Shown piece after piece: positions 9,593 to 18,967 of a DNA stretch of 32,000 bases (positions within the stretch are counted from its first letter, which is position 1; the number at the start of each line of letters is the position of its first letter). The notes under the pieces were generated by a model. That model was not told where the DNA came from. It saw only the letters and a list, made by a program, of their open reading frames with translations, and searched no databases. Where the stretch lies: contig NC_005072.1 of NCBI RefSeq assembly GCF_000011465.1, positions 330,001-362,000 of the forward strand, written 5' to 3'. The stretch is from Prochlorococcus marinus subsp. pastoris str. CCMP1986 (GTDB lineage Bacteria > Cyanobacteriota > Cyanobacteriia > PCC-6307 > Cyanobiaceae). Position numbers and translations under genes: made by a program.

Positions 9593-9781
9593 ATGCTTAC
9601 AACAAAAATTACTTATGCCCTATCAGATTGGATTAGAGAATGGCGAAAATGTAGAAAAGAAAATCCATCTCTTGATGATTGTATAAAGTTTACAGAATGG
9701 AAAATAGAAAATTATGAATTAACAGATAGTGATCGAATGATAATTGAGAGTATTTTACTTTATGAAACTGAAGAAACTTAA
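9593..9781 (+). CDS. small conserved protein, paralog of 29300..29485
   Basis: ALSDWIREWRKCRKENPSLDDCIKFTEWKIENYELTDSDRMIIESILLY versus ALANWIQNWKKTYKENPKLNECITWFEWKYQDRELTSSDKSSIATILRY. Confidence 0.7.
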   Translation: MLTTKITYALSDWIREWRKCRKENPSLDDCIKFTEWKIENYELTDSDRMIIESILLYETEET

Positions 9782-9896
9782 AACTTTTATCAATCTCATT
9801 TTTCATAAAATTTTTATTATTAAAAGTATCTTAAAACTTTCTAAATATTTTATAAAAAATTAAGCATTTTAATTCTCGTATGTATCCATAAAAAAG

Positions 9897-10000
9897 TAAA
9901 TCGGCATATTTACCGATTTACTAAAAATCTAAAAAGTATTAATTTATAAATGTTGAGTTAGGAGGCAATCTAAATGATTGATAGTCCGCCTGAAATTTAG
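9897..10000 (+). repeat. copy A of dispersed ~100-bp element (palindrome + SD + MIDSPPE tiny ORF)
   Basis: TAAATCGG-CATATTTA-CCGATTTA then GGAGG at 9961 and ATGATTGATAGTCCGCC at 9974. Confidence 0.6.
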
Positions 10001-10216
10001 CAAATTTACAAATATAGGAAGCGTATTCCTGACAATGGGATTTCTCGAAAAGTAAAGTTCAATCAATTAGTCTGATAAGACTTCGCTCTATAATTACCAG
10101 CGACAAAAGGGACTAAACTTAGCGACAAGAATCCCCTAACCCACGTATTTAAAGCTTATGTGTAAATAAACTTTATATATGTATTATAAATCCTGAAAGT
10201 GGGAAATAAAAAATTT

Positions 10217-10248
10217 AAAAGAGGACTGTTATTTCAGGCCTCTTTTTT
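10217..10248 (+). terminator. rho-independent terminator upstream of pip
   Basis: AAAAGAGG...CCTCTTTTTTT. Confidence 0.65.
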
Positions 10249-10324
10249 TACTGATTTATATAATTTTAAATGTTTATTATTAGTTAATATTAATTTTCAA
10301 TTTGAAATAAATTATATTTGTAAA

Positions 10325-11272
10325 ATGAAAGAAAATTTATTCCCATCCATCGAACCAAGAGAAAAGGGTTTTTTACAAGTAAGTAAGATTCATTCTATTT
10401 ATTGGGAAAGATCTGGAAATCCAAAAGGTAAAAAGATATTAGTAATTCATGGTGGCCCTGGAGGAGGAAGTCAGCCAAGATATAGGCGATATTTTAATCC
10501 TGAAAAATTTGATATTGTTCAATTTGATCAAAGAGGCTGCGGTTATTCAAGACCTTTTTCAGAATTAAGAGAAAATACAACAGGCGACTTAGTAAATGAT
10601 ATTGAAAAATTAAGAGTAAATTTGAAAATAGATTATTGGCATTTGTTTGGGGGTTCATGGGGTTCTACTCTAGCTTTAATTTATGCAATTAAAAATCCAT
10701 CAAGAGTCTTAAGTATGACCTTAAGAGGAATATTTTTATGTAGAAAATTTGAACTCTTATGGTTTTATCAATATGGCGCAAGTGAGATATTTCCTGAAGA
10801 GTTTGAAAAATATATTGCAGTAATTCCTAAGGATGAAAGGGTTGACTTGATAGTTTCTTTTTACAAATATCTAACCTCCCCAGATATTGAACTTAGATCA
10901 AAAGCTGCTGCTGCCTGGACAAATTGGGAACTTTCCACAAGCCATCTTATAAAAAGAGATATTGATGTTGGTAAAAGTAAAATTAATTCCTTTTCAGATG
11001 CTTTTGCAAGAATAGAGTGTCATTATTTTATAAATAAGATCTTCCTAGAAGAAAATTTTATTTTGAAAAATGCAAAGATTATAGAATCCATACCAACTAA
11101 AATAATTCAGGGTAGATATGACGTAGTTTGTCCTGTAAGGAGTGCTTGGGACCTTAGTAGAAAATTAATAAATTCAGAGTTAATAATCGTAGATGATGCT
11201 GGTCATTCAATGAGCGAAAAAGGCATCACATTAAAATTATTAGATTCAGTTGAAAGATTAGAAAGTTTTTAG
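10325..11272 (+). CDS. pip: proline iminopeptidase
   Basis: HGGPGGGSQPRYRRYFNPEKFDIVQFDQRGCGYSRP and GGSWGSTLALIYA; start set at MKENLFPSIEP because the terminator lies inside the longer ORF. Confidence 0.9.
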   Translation: MKENLFPSIEPREKGFLQVSKIHSIYWERSGNPKGKKILVIHGGPGGGSQPRYRRYFNPEKFDIVQFDQRGCGYSRPFSELRENTTGDLVNDIEKLRVNLKIDYWHLFGGSWGSTLALIYAIKNPSRVLSMTLRGIFLCRKFELLWFYQYGASEIFPEEFEKYIAVIPKDERVDLIVSFYKYLTSPDIELRSKAAAAWTNWELSTSHLIKRDIDVGKSKINSFSDAFARIECHYFINKIFLEENFILKNAKIIESIPTKIIQGRYDVVCPVRSAWDLSRKLINSELIIVDDAGHSMSEKGITLKLLDSVERLESF

Positions 11273-11304
11273 GCAAATTTTATTAAAAATATATTTATAT
11301 AGCG

Positions 11305-11478
11305 TTATAGGCCATTATCTTCAATATTTTTAGCAATACTTCTTAGTAGCTCAACGATATCAGAGTCATCACATTCTGTATCCTCTTTAAGCAGAATACA
11401 TTCATCTCTAATGCTTACATTAGTACTCCACCAAATTCCTGAACTATTAGTATCGTCCCATTCAAATCTATCAGACAT
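11305..11478 (-). CDS. small hypothetical acidic protein (57 aa)
   Basis: Manual translation MSDRFEWDDTNSSGIWWSTNVSIRDECILLKEDTECDDSDIVELLRSIAKNIEDNGL*. Confidence 0.5.
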   Translation of the reverse strand: MSDRFEWDDTNSSGIWWSTNVSIRDECILLKEDTECDDSDIVELLRSIAKNIEDNGL

Positions 11479-11599
11479 TATTGCTAAAATTTAATTTATT
11501 TTATTATAAAAAAACTTTTTATTACCTATGACTTTTGATTAAATCTTTTTTTATTTAAAATAAATAAACTAATTATTTATCTAAGCAAAAATAAAATAA

Positions 11600-12223
11600 A
11601 TGCTTTTATCAAATACTTTATGGGAAAGTAATTATGAGCTTGCCTTATTAAGCTTAAAATCAAAATTTGTTCAAGGTCTCAAAACTGGAAACTTACCAAA
11701 AAATATATTTCAAGAATATGTAGCTCAAGATTATTACTTCTTAGAAAGTTTTTCTAGAGCATATGGTTTAGCAGTTTCTAAATCTAAAGTTAAAAATTCA
11801 ATAAAGGTTTTAAGTCAACTTTTAGTTGGGGTATCAGAGGAATTAATTCTTCATGAGACGTATGCAAAAGAATGGGAGATTGATTTGTCTACTAACTATA
11901 TAAGACCTGCTACAAAGAACTACACGGATTTCCTTTATGATGTTTCCTCAAAACTAAGTTCAGTTGAAATAATGTTTGCAATGACTCCTTGCATGCGTTT
12001 ATATTCTTGGATAGGAAAAAATTTATCGGATATGATTATAAATAATCCTTATAAAGAATGGATTCTTACTTACTCCGATGAAAGTTTTGATAATTTAGCA
12101 AAATCTCTTGAAAAAATAATTGATAATTACCAAGAACCATATGACATTAATCAGGCTCAGAATTTATATAAAAAAGCCATGGAACTGGAATTAGATTTTT
12201 TTAATGCCTATTCAAATTTCTAA
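11600..12223 (+). CDS. tenA: TenA/THI-4 family protein
   Basis: FQEYVAQDYYFLESFSRAYGLAVSK, adjacent to thiD. Confidence 0.8.
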   Translation: MLLSNTLWESNYELALLSLKSKFVQGLKTGNLPKNIFQEYVAQDYYFLESFSRAYGLAVSKSKVKNSIKVLSQLLVGVSEELILHETYAKEWEIDLSTNYIRPATKNYTDFLYDVSSKLSSVEIMFAMTPCMRLYSWIGKNLSDMIINNPYKEWILTYSDESFDNLAKSLEKIIDNYQEPYDINQAQNLYKKAMELELDFFNAYSNF

Positions 12224-12255
12224 TAAATCTAAGAAAGTTTTTAATTTAAAAAATT

Positions 12256-13044
12256 ATGTATTCTAATATTGCTCTTTCAATAGGTGGTAGTGATTCAGGA
12301 GGAGGTGCAGGGATTCAAGCTGATTTAAGAACTTTTATGGCGCTTAAAGTCCATGGATGTTCTGTGATCACATGTGTTACTGCTCAAAATAGTGTACAGG
12401 TAAAATGTGTAGAACCTCTAAAGAAGGATACTTTGACAAGCCAGATTGATACCTTATTTTCAGATTTTGATATCAAATCTTTAAAAACTGGAATGTTGCT
12501 AAACGATAGTATTATTAATGCAACAGCCCTAAAACTGAAATCTTTTTCTATTCCAAAGATTATTGACCCAGTAATGGTAAGTAGAACTGGTTCTAAATTA
12601 CTTGAGGATTCTGCAATTAATGCTTATAAAAAGTTACTTTTACCAATTGCTGATTTAGTAACTCCAAATATTTTTGAAGCAAATCTTCTGTCAAATTTGG
12701 ATATTAAAAATCAGGTAGATATAGAGCAATCTGCAAAAAGTATTATTAAACTCGGTGCTAAAGCAGTTTTAATCAAAGGTGGTGGATTGAAGGATATGAA
12801 AGGGAGGGACTTTTATCTTGATGTCAATGGAGGGAAAAAGTGGTTCATAAATAAATTTATTAATACTCAAAATACGCATTGTAGTGGATGTACTTTAAGT
12901 GCTGCAATTTGTGGCTATCAAGCATTAGGATTTGATCTTATCGAGTCAATTCAAAAATCAAAAATTTTTATTGAAAGATCCTTGAAGAACTCTTATCAAA
13001 TCGGATCAGGCCCAGGACCTCTTGGACATTACCAATCACTCTGA
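12256..13044 (+). CDS. thiD: hydroxymethylpyrimidine/phosphomethylpyrimidine kinase
   Basis: SIGGSDSGGGAGIQADLRTF...GVHGCSVITCVTAQN-type motifs, NTQNTHCSGCTLSAAI. Confidence 0.93.
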   Translation: MYSNIALSIGGSDSGGGAGIQADLRTFMALKVHGCSVITCVTAQNSVQVKCVEPLKKDTLTSQIDTLFSDFDIKSLKTGMLLNDSIINATALKLKSFSIPKIIDPVMVSRTGSKLLEDSAINAYKKLLLPIADLVTPNIFEANLLSNLDIKNQVDIEQSAKSIIKLGAKAVLIKGGGLKDMKGRDFYLDVNGGKKWFINKFINTQNTHCSGCTLSAAICGYQALGFDLIESIQKSKIFIERSLKNSYQIGSGPGPLGHYQSL

Positions 13045-13110
13045 AATAATTGATTTTAAAAAAATTTAAGAAAAGAATAAATTATTAAAATCTTTTATTT
13101 GAAAATCTTA

Positions 13111-13296
13111 TTAAAACCACCATTTTTTATTTTTATTTTTTAAAAATAAAATTTCTTCTGTTTCCCACCCACCTTCTAACCACTCAAGATGTTCTAGCAA
13201 TAAAGATTCGCTTTCTCCTTTTGTTAAATGACCTAGTCTATTTGCAATTCCATCAAATCTTACTTTCATTAACTCTTCGATTTTGATGTTATTCAC
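13111..13296 (-). CDS. small hypothetical protein
   Basis: ORF track, 61 aa. Confidence 0.5.
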   Translation of the reverse strand: MNNIKIEELMKVRFDGIANRLGHLTKGESESLLLEHLEWLEGGWETEEILFLKNKNKKWWF

Positions 13297-13483
13297 AATT
13301 AAAACAGATAATTTTTATCTAAATAAACTTGATTGATTGTTAATGTCAATGAAATTATTCTTTTTTTATATTTTTAAATATGTAATTTGTATTAAATGCA
13401 ACTATTTTGTAGTGATAGTAATTAAGACTTATTCTCAAAGATTGTATTTCTAGGTATTTTAAAAAATAAATCAGAAATTTTTT

Positions 13484-13627
13484 ATGAAAAACCAAGAAAA
13501 AACAACTTCAAAAACAGTTGTTAATGTCGGTTATTGTGAGAGCACTTCTGAGTGGCTTAATAGGATAATGACTGAACTTGCAGATGAAAGTAAGAATTTT
13601 GTGGATCTATCAGTTTTGTGCGCATAA
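13484..13627 (+). CDS. small hypothetical protein (47 aa)
   Basis: MKNQEKTTSKTVVNVGYCESTSEWLNRIMTELADESKNFVDLSVLCA*, followed by a terminator. Confidence 0.5.
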   Translation: MKNQEKTTSKTVVNVGYCESTSEWLNRIMTELADESKNFVDLSVLCA

Positions 13628-13650
13628 ATTAAATTATTGAAAGTCAATCG

Positions 13651-13678
13651 CTTAAGGCCTATTTAAGGCCTTTTTTTA
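13651..13678 (+). terminator. rho-independent terminator
   Basis: TTAAGGCCTATTTAAGGCCTTTTTTT. Confidence 0.75.
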
Positions 13679-13847
13679 TTAGATAAACTTATATAAGTTA
13701 TTTGAAAGGCATATGGTTATGACTTTTTATCGGTATATCTCGTGACAATAAATATATTTCAAAATAATTAATTTATTAAAAAATCCTTCCTTCTATGCGG
13801 CCTATCTCAGAGAAACTTTATAAGAAATTAGTTAAAGCTTCCAAAAA

Positions 13848-13952
13848 ATGAATAGATTACTTCTTTACTTTTCAGCTCTATATTTTGGAGCAAATATCGG
13901 AAAAACTATTGCAAGTGATAGTTTTACATATTATTTAATGATTTCTAATTAA
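13848..13952 (+). CDS. tiny secreted/membrane ORF candidate (34 aa)
   Basis: MNRLLLYFSALYFGANIGKTIASDSFTYYLMISN*. Confidence 0.35.
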   Translation: MNRLLLYFSALYFGANIGKTIASDSFTYYLMISN

Positions 13953-14031
13953 TCTTTTTTTTTTTCTTGGAAATTTTTAAGCATTTCTTTTTGACTATAA
14001 AATATTGAAGTAATCTTAAAAAACTCTCAAA

Positions 14032-14496
14032 GTGCATTTAGATAAAAGTAGTTCTGAAATCATAAATAAATTTAAATTATCTCCTCACCCTGAGGGAGGA
14101 TGGTTTAGAGAAATCATACGAAGTAAAAATCATGTAACCAGAAATGATGGTCAAAAAAGAAATAATATTACTAGCATTTACTATCTACTTTGTAAAAGTG
14201 AGAGAAGTAAATGGCATCGAGTAAATTCTTCCGATGAGATATGGATTTATCTTCAAGGGGCACCCCTTAATTTATATTTTCTCGATGATAATAAAGAATT
14301 AAGAAATATTAGATTAGATTTAAATAATCCTATTGAAATGATCCCCTCTGGATATTGGCAGGCTGCTAGCAGTACAGGAGAATTTACACTCACAAGTTGT
14401 TGTGTTGGCCCAGGGTTTGATTTTAATGATTTTCAAATGCTAAGAAATATAGATCCTTCTCTAAGACCAGCCAAGGCTATTAAAGAACTAATTTAA
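14032..14496 (+). CDS. cupin, DUF985 family
   Basis: FKLSPHPEGGWFREIIRS, SSDEIWIYLQGAPL, IPSGYWQAA, CCVGPGFDFNDFQM. Confidence 0.88.
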   Translation: MHLDKSSSEIINKFKLSPHPEGGWFREIIRSKNHVTRNDGQKRNNITSIYYLLCKSERSKWHRVNSSDEIWIYLQGAPLNLYFLDDNKELRNIRLDLNNPIEMIPSGYWQAASSTGEFTLTSCCVGPGFDFNDFQMLRNIDPSLRPAKAIKELI

Positions 14497-14517
14497 TTTT
14501 TAAAATTTTTTTATAAT

Positions 14518-14904
14518 ATGATTGAAATGAATCATGATCTTATTAATACAATCGGCATAAAGCAGATAGCAAGAGAAGAAGCCCATCTTTACCAGGTGAG
14601 TGATGTTCAAGGATTAATTGATACTCTTGATAAGGATATTTCTGAATGGTCTGATTTTGATTGTTGGGAAAATATACGAGTTCAGCAATGGATTTTTGAG
14701 AGAGCTATGGATATTTATAAAGGTAAGAAAATTGATATTAAATGTAATTGTTGTGAATACAATTACATAAGTCAAAGAGACTTAGTAAAAAGTTCAAATA
14801 AAAAATGTTACGGGATAAAAAGTGCTTATATGATCGAAAAGGTTTTCCATGAAATTACATTAGCTGAAGCTAGAAGAGAAAGTGATGGTACATATTCAGC
14901 ATAG
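14518..14904 (+). CDS. hypothetical protein
   Basis: ORF track, 128 aa. Confidence 0.55.
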   Translation: MIEMNHDLINTIGIKQIAREEAHLYQVSDVQGLIDTLDKDISEWSDFDCWENIRVQQWIFERAMDIYKGKKIDIKCNCCEYNYISQRDLVKSSNKKCYGIKSAYMIEKVFHEITLAEARRESDGTYSA

Positions 14905-14968
14905 AGTTGTTAAAAATTTACCTTTCTAAGATTAATAAGTGAAACTAAGCTATTAGTTCATAGACTTT

Positions 14969-15265
14969 ATGAAGATTATGGATAATTTTGATGATGATCT
15001 TTCTTTAAAACAAAAAGAATTTGTAGAGCCTATAGATAAAGCTACAAATAAAGATTTATTTGAAAAAAAAGATGAATTTAAAGAGGCAACTCCAAAAGTT
15101 CTTCATCTTAATTCACTTATTACAAAAAATATTTATCTTTTTACAAAAGATCCAAACTATAAATTGTTTGCCTGGCTAATGGTTCAGCTATTTATATTTT
15201 CATTATTTGTTTTGGTGGCGACATTAATGAAAAATAATCTTGTCCCCTATATTAATTCTCTTTAA
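14969..15265 (+). CDS. hypothetical protein with C-terminal TM
   Basis: ORF track, LFAWLMVQLFIFSLFVLVATLM. Confidence 0.5.
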   Translation: MKIMDNFDDDLSLKQKEFVEPIDKATNKDLFEKKDEFKEATPKVLHLNSLITKNIYLFTKDPNYKLFAWLMVQLFIFSLFVLVATLMKNNLVPYINSL

Positions 15266-15389
15266 AGATTTAGACTGAGTTATATTTCTTATTTTTTTTA
15301 TTCATTAATTATTATTTTGAATTGGTGATATAATCAAATCATTCCACTTATGGATCTATAATCACATATAGTCACTTTTAATATTAGAA

Positions 15390-15821
15390 TTGAATAATAT
15401 ATATAGGTATGAAAAAGATATGACCCAAGCAAAATTGGAGGGTTTATTAAAAATAGATAACGAATCATATAACCTTTTACGAGTCCTCACAATGTTCATG
15501 AAGTTAGATAATTCTCAGGACGTTCCTCTTCAGGCAATGGCAGTATTTTGGTACGTAGCAACCTATCAAAATTGTACTAAGAAGGATATTGAAAAATACT
15601 TCGATATGAGTAAAGCTAGTGCTTCAAGGATGACGGACTATATAAGTCGATATCATAGGCTAGGTAAGGCAGGCTTAGGTCTAGTTTCTAAAGAACAAGA
15701 TCCAAAAGATAAAAGAAGAACACTTTTGAAACTTACAAGGAAAGGTAAAGATCTAATTGAAAAGTCTTTTAATACTCTCTATGAGGATATGAAAAGTTTT
15801 GAAGCTGAATTTGAAGAATAA
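15390..15821 (+). CDS. MarR-family transcriptional regulator
   Basis: DIEKYFDMSKASASRMTDYI...DPKDKRRTLLKLTRKGKDLI winged-helix pattern. Confidence 0.8.
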   Translation: MNNIYRYEKDMTQAKLEGLLKIDNESYNLLRVLTMFMKLDNSQDVPLQAMAVFWYVATYQNCTKKDIEKYFDMSKASASRMTDYISRYHRLGKAGLGLVSKEQDPKDKRRTLLKLTRKGKDLIEKSFNTLYEDMKSFEAEFEE

Positions 15822-16296
15822 ATACTTGCAGCTCTTTTGATTCCTTAGCTATTGGAAACTTTTAAAACATTTAAACTTGCTCTGAAACACAAATAACAGG
15901 TTATCCTTTTTCTTAATAGAAAATAACAACTTAGTAGTTACTCCATAGACTTTCTTAGAAGTTAGAATTTAATAATTCATTAATTCATTATCACCAGCAA
16001 AAACAGCAATTGAGGAATATAGAGAAAAGTTAGAAAAGATTTACCAACAATTAAATGAAGAAGAAGATCCCCTTTTAAAAAAATGGTATTAATCACTTAT
16101 TCCTAAGGCGATATTATTATTTCCTGTAGTTGCTTTTGGTCTTACATTTTTAAAAGTAAATACTGATAAATCAATATTAGATTTACTCTCTTTTGCTGCA
16201 GTTGGTAGTTTATTAGTTTTTGGAGGTATTTTTTTGAATTATTTCTTATCTAAACGAAGATAATTGAAGCATTTAGTCAAATAAAAATCTTAAATA

Positions 16297-16500
16297 TTAA
16301 AAAATTGATTTAGCTCTATTAGCTCTGCGGATTGTTTTTTTTAAAATATGATTTTTTATGGAAAGGTCAGAAATCGCATAGAGAGTTAAAAAGAAAACTG
16401 CTTTTGCAAAAATTGAAATTTGCATAATAAAAATAAACTTATTTATATAGAACCAAATCGCTAAATATAAGCAAGTCCTTAAAGACCTCAAAATCGTCAA
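16297..16500 (-). CDS. small membrane protein
   Basis: ORF track, 67 aa, hydrophobic. Confidence 0.4.
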   Translation of the reverse strand: MTILRSLRTCLYLAIWFYINKFIFIMQISIFAKAVFFLTLYAISDLSIKNHILKKTIRRANRAKSIF

Positions 16501-16660
16501 GAAATAATTAATTAACAGTCCAATAAGAATAAAGAGGCAATTTACTTTTCTCCGATAATCTTTTTATTTGTAGATTATCTATATTAGAAATTATTAACAA
16601 AATTATTTTTAGTAATTAATACTCTAGATATTTAATACCTTCCCCAAGTAATGTAATAAT

Positions 16661-16728
16661 ATCAGAAACTCCTCACACACTAATTTCTGATAATCAGGCA
16701 CCCTTATCTCTAAATTAGGGTGTTTTTT
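16661..16728 (+). ncRNA. yfr1: Yfr1-like small RNA
   Basis: ACTCCTCACAC (16668..16678) between ATCAGAAA and TTTCTGAT arms, followed by CACCCT...AGGGTG + T-run. Boundaries approximate. Confidence 0.65.
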
Positions 16729-16826
16729 ATTGACATAAAAACATAAAGTCATAACTGGCACATGTGACAATTAAATTACTTTTCTCATCCCCTTCCGGTT
16801 TAGGAGAATGTATGGCATATTAAAAA

Positions 16827-16920
16827 GGTGTGTAGGAGAGGTTTTACTGAAACAGTGGAAACAAGGAAACACTTGATTTAGTTAAACCAAGGAAAGACCT
16901 CTATTAGGGGTCTTTTTTTT
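16827..16920 (+). ncRNA. yfr2: Yfr2-family small RNA
   Basis: AGTGGAAACAAGGAAACACTTG with repeated GGAAACA in a loop, plus AGACCTCTATTAGGGGTCTTTTTTTT terminator. Start inferred. Confidence 0.72.
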
Positions 16921-16953
16921 TATGCTTCAAAATAGATTGAATATTAAATTATT

Positions 16954-17136
16954 TTATTGGTGAAAATTATTAGAGGAGCCAATGGTTAAATTCTGAGTTG
17001 AAATCTTATAGAACTTCTCATGTACTGAATCACTAAATTCCTTTTCATTTGAATAATTCATTAGGTCCAGCGGTTCAATATTTTCGTCGAACCATTCGTC
17101 ATATTCAATATTATTAGGTTCAGCAAAATAAGTCAT
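16954..17136 (-). CDS. small hypothetical protein
   Basis: ORF track, 60 aa. Confidence 0.45.
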   Translation of the reverse strand: MTYFAEPNNIEYDEWFDENIEPLDLMNYSNEKEFSDSVHEKFYKISTQNLTIGSSNNFHQ

Positions 17137-17295
17137 ATTTAATTATTAGCTATCAAAAAATATGTAAACGGTACATGCTATACAAAATTAAAGATTAATT
17201 AATAGAAAGGAAATTGAAAAATCTAAATTCAGAGACAAATTAAGTGCTTCCTTAATTATTGGTTTTAAATTAGTAATTACACAACTATTTTTTAT

Positions 17296-17616
17296 ATGGC
17301 TCATTATCATGTTCATGGATTAATTCCTGATGGAATCTCTCAATCTGAAGGTTACAAAATGTTTGAGCAATATATTGCTTCCGGTTCACCAATGGATAAC
17401 TTTGAAGGATTTGAATTAATAAGTAGACTTCATGCCCCTGAAACCGGAGAAGTCTTTGTGACTTTCAAAGCTGATAATCACTTAGCAATATCTGAACATT
17501 TCGGAGTATGGAGAGCAAAATTTGGCCTCGAATGGAATATCACTGCTGTTTTAAATGATGAAGAAGTCATTCAAAGAAATAAGCAGGTTGCAGATGCTGT
17601 TGCTGCGATGGGATAA
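17296..17616 (+). CDS. DUF3303-like small alpha/beta barrel protein
   Basis: FELISRLHAPETGEVFVTFKADNHLAISEHFGVW...VLNDEE shared pattern with 28218..28490. Confidence 0.6.
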   Translation: MAHYHVHGLIPDGISQSEGYKMFEQYIASGSPMDNFEGFELISRLHAPETGEVFVTFKADNHLAISEHFGVWRAKFGLEWNITAVLNDEEVIQRNKQVADAVAAMG

Positions 17617-17624
17617 TTTAATTG

Positions 17625-17640
17625 ATTGACAGTCGATCTA
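17625..17640 (+). repeat. conserved 16-mer motif, copy 1
   Basis: ATTGACAGTCGATCTA exact, 8 nt after the stop codon of 17296..17616. Confidence 0.9.
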
Positions 17641-17644
17641 TATT

Positions 17645-17669
17645 AGAGGGTTATAACCCTCTTTTTTTT
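17645..17669 (+). terminator. rho-independent terminator
   Basis: AGAGGGTTATAACCCTCTTTTTTTT. Confidence 0.85.
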
Positions 17670-18045
17670 AATAGCAAAGAACACTATCAGCTTTAATTGA
17701 TTCTTCAATTAGTAAATCAGGCATAGCAAACTCTGCTTTATATCCATTTAGAAGCTTCTCATCGTAACCTCTAGATTTGGCTGACATTCCTGAGACATAT
17801 ATGGTAACTTTTGAATTTTTTAAATTTTCAAGATGTTCGTATAAATCTCCAGTACCTTGACCAACTATTTCTCCAGCTTGTTTGCAATTTAATATGTCTA
17901 CTCCGTCTCCTGCCAGAAAAAGAGTTACTTTATGATCGTTTTTTTCTGCAGTAAGTGCAACAAGTAAACCTAAAGTTATTTTATTTTGGGATTCTAAACC
18001 GCTATAAATATGCACTAGCACTGTATTGTCGGTAATGATAGACAT
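17668..18045 (-). CDS. DsrE/DsrF-like protein
   Basis: VLVHIYSGLESQNKITLGLLVALTAEKNDHKVTLFLAGDGV...YVSGMSAKSRG. Confidence 0.75.
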   Translation of the reverse strand: MSIITDNTVLVHIYSGLESQNKITLGLLVALTAEKNDHKVTLFLAGDGVDILNCKQAGEIVGQGTGDLYEHLENLKNSKVTIYVSGMSAKSRGYDEKLLNGYKAEFAMPDLLIEESIKADSVLCY

Positions 18046-18222
18046 TTAAATCTCCCTAGAATTCAGTTATTTAATCTTAAAAAATTCTATCTTTATTAGC
18101 TGCATTTTTTATGAAACCCTTACCACTGGCAAAGCTAATTATTAGTAATTGAGATTCAATCTGAATTGAAGGGCAATTAGCTTCTTTTTTTCTTAATATT
18201 GAATTAAAAAGTATTCAAATTT

Positions 18223-18627
18223 ATGAGATCTCTTTTATTCTTACCTTTACTTTTTGGTTTCTCAGGACCAGCTATTGCAGATTCAGAAGTATTTAAAATA
18301 GATGTATCAGCAGAGAGTTATCGAAACTATATTCTTAGTGGAACTGATAGGAATGGATCTGTAAGTGGGGAAGATCCTACCGTTACACTGAATAAAGGAG
18401 ACACAATTATTTTTGATGTTGATGCATCTCGTCATCCGTTCTATATAAAGACTGAATTTTCTCGTGGAGGTGGTGATCAGGTAATCACAGGGACAATTTC
18501 TGGAACTCCTGGAACGCAAAATGGAAAACTATCATGGAATACCACGGGCGTATCAGCAGGTAAATACTTTTATGTTTGTTCTCCGCATGCATCTTTTGGA
18601 ATGGGCGGGACAATTATTGTTGAATAA
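18223..18627 (+). CDS. secreted cupredoxin/plastocyanin-like copper protein
   Basis: Signal peptide; HPFYI and YFYVCSPHASFGMGG type-1 copper ligands (H, C, H, M). Confidence 0.8.
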   Translation: MRSLLFLPLLFGFSGPAIADSEVFKIDVSAESYRNYILSGTDRNGSVSGEDPTVTLNKGDTIIFDVDASRHPFYIKTEFSRGGGDQVITGTISGTPGTQNGKLSWNTTGVSAGKYFYVCSPHASFGMGGTIIVE

Positions 18628-18631
18628 ATAA

Positions 18632-18781
18632 ATGAAACGCTTACTACTTACTCCTATATTTAAATGTTTTAAAAAGAGTGCTTTTTTCTCATCACTTAAT
18701 CAGAATACTTGTCCTGTTTATGATGCTGAAGAAATAAAAAAACAAGAACAAAAAGAAGCTATTAATAAGTTATATCCATAA
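18632..18781 (+). CDS. small hypothetical protein (49 aa), likely co-transcribed with the cupredoxin
   Basis: MKRLLLTPIFKCFKKSAFFSSLNQNTCPVYDAEEIKKQEQKEAINKLYP*. Confidence 0.5.
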   Translation: MKRLLLTPIFKCFKKSAFFSSLNQNTCPVYDAEEIKKQEQKEAINKLYP

Positions 18782-18782
18782 A

Positions 18783-18809
18783 AAAAGGGCGTTAAGAACG
18801 CCCTTTTTA
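18783..18809 (+). terminator. rho-independent terminator
   Basis: AAAAGGGCGTTAAGAACGCCCTTTTT. Confidence 0.8.
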
Positions 18810-18943
18810 AAAGCTAGATCATCCCCATCACCCAGCCTTTATAAAATCATAGCACTACATATGGTGTTTGACTGTAATATTTCTTGCTTTAGGTGGGGTT
18901 GTTTATTTCTATTTTATTTGCCATGATAGAAATCCCCATCACC

Positions 18944-18966
18944 TAGACTCGCAAGGGTCTTTTTTT
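18944..18966 (+). terminator. rho-independent terminator immediately upstream of the ABM-like gene
   Basis: AGACTC-GCAA-GGGTCT + T-run. Confidence 0.7.
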
Positions 18967-18967
18967 T

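Noticed and set aside
18307-18519. Minus-strand ORF of 70 aa
   Set aside because: Lies antisense within the cupredoxin gene
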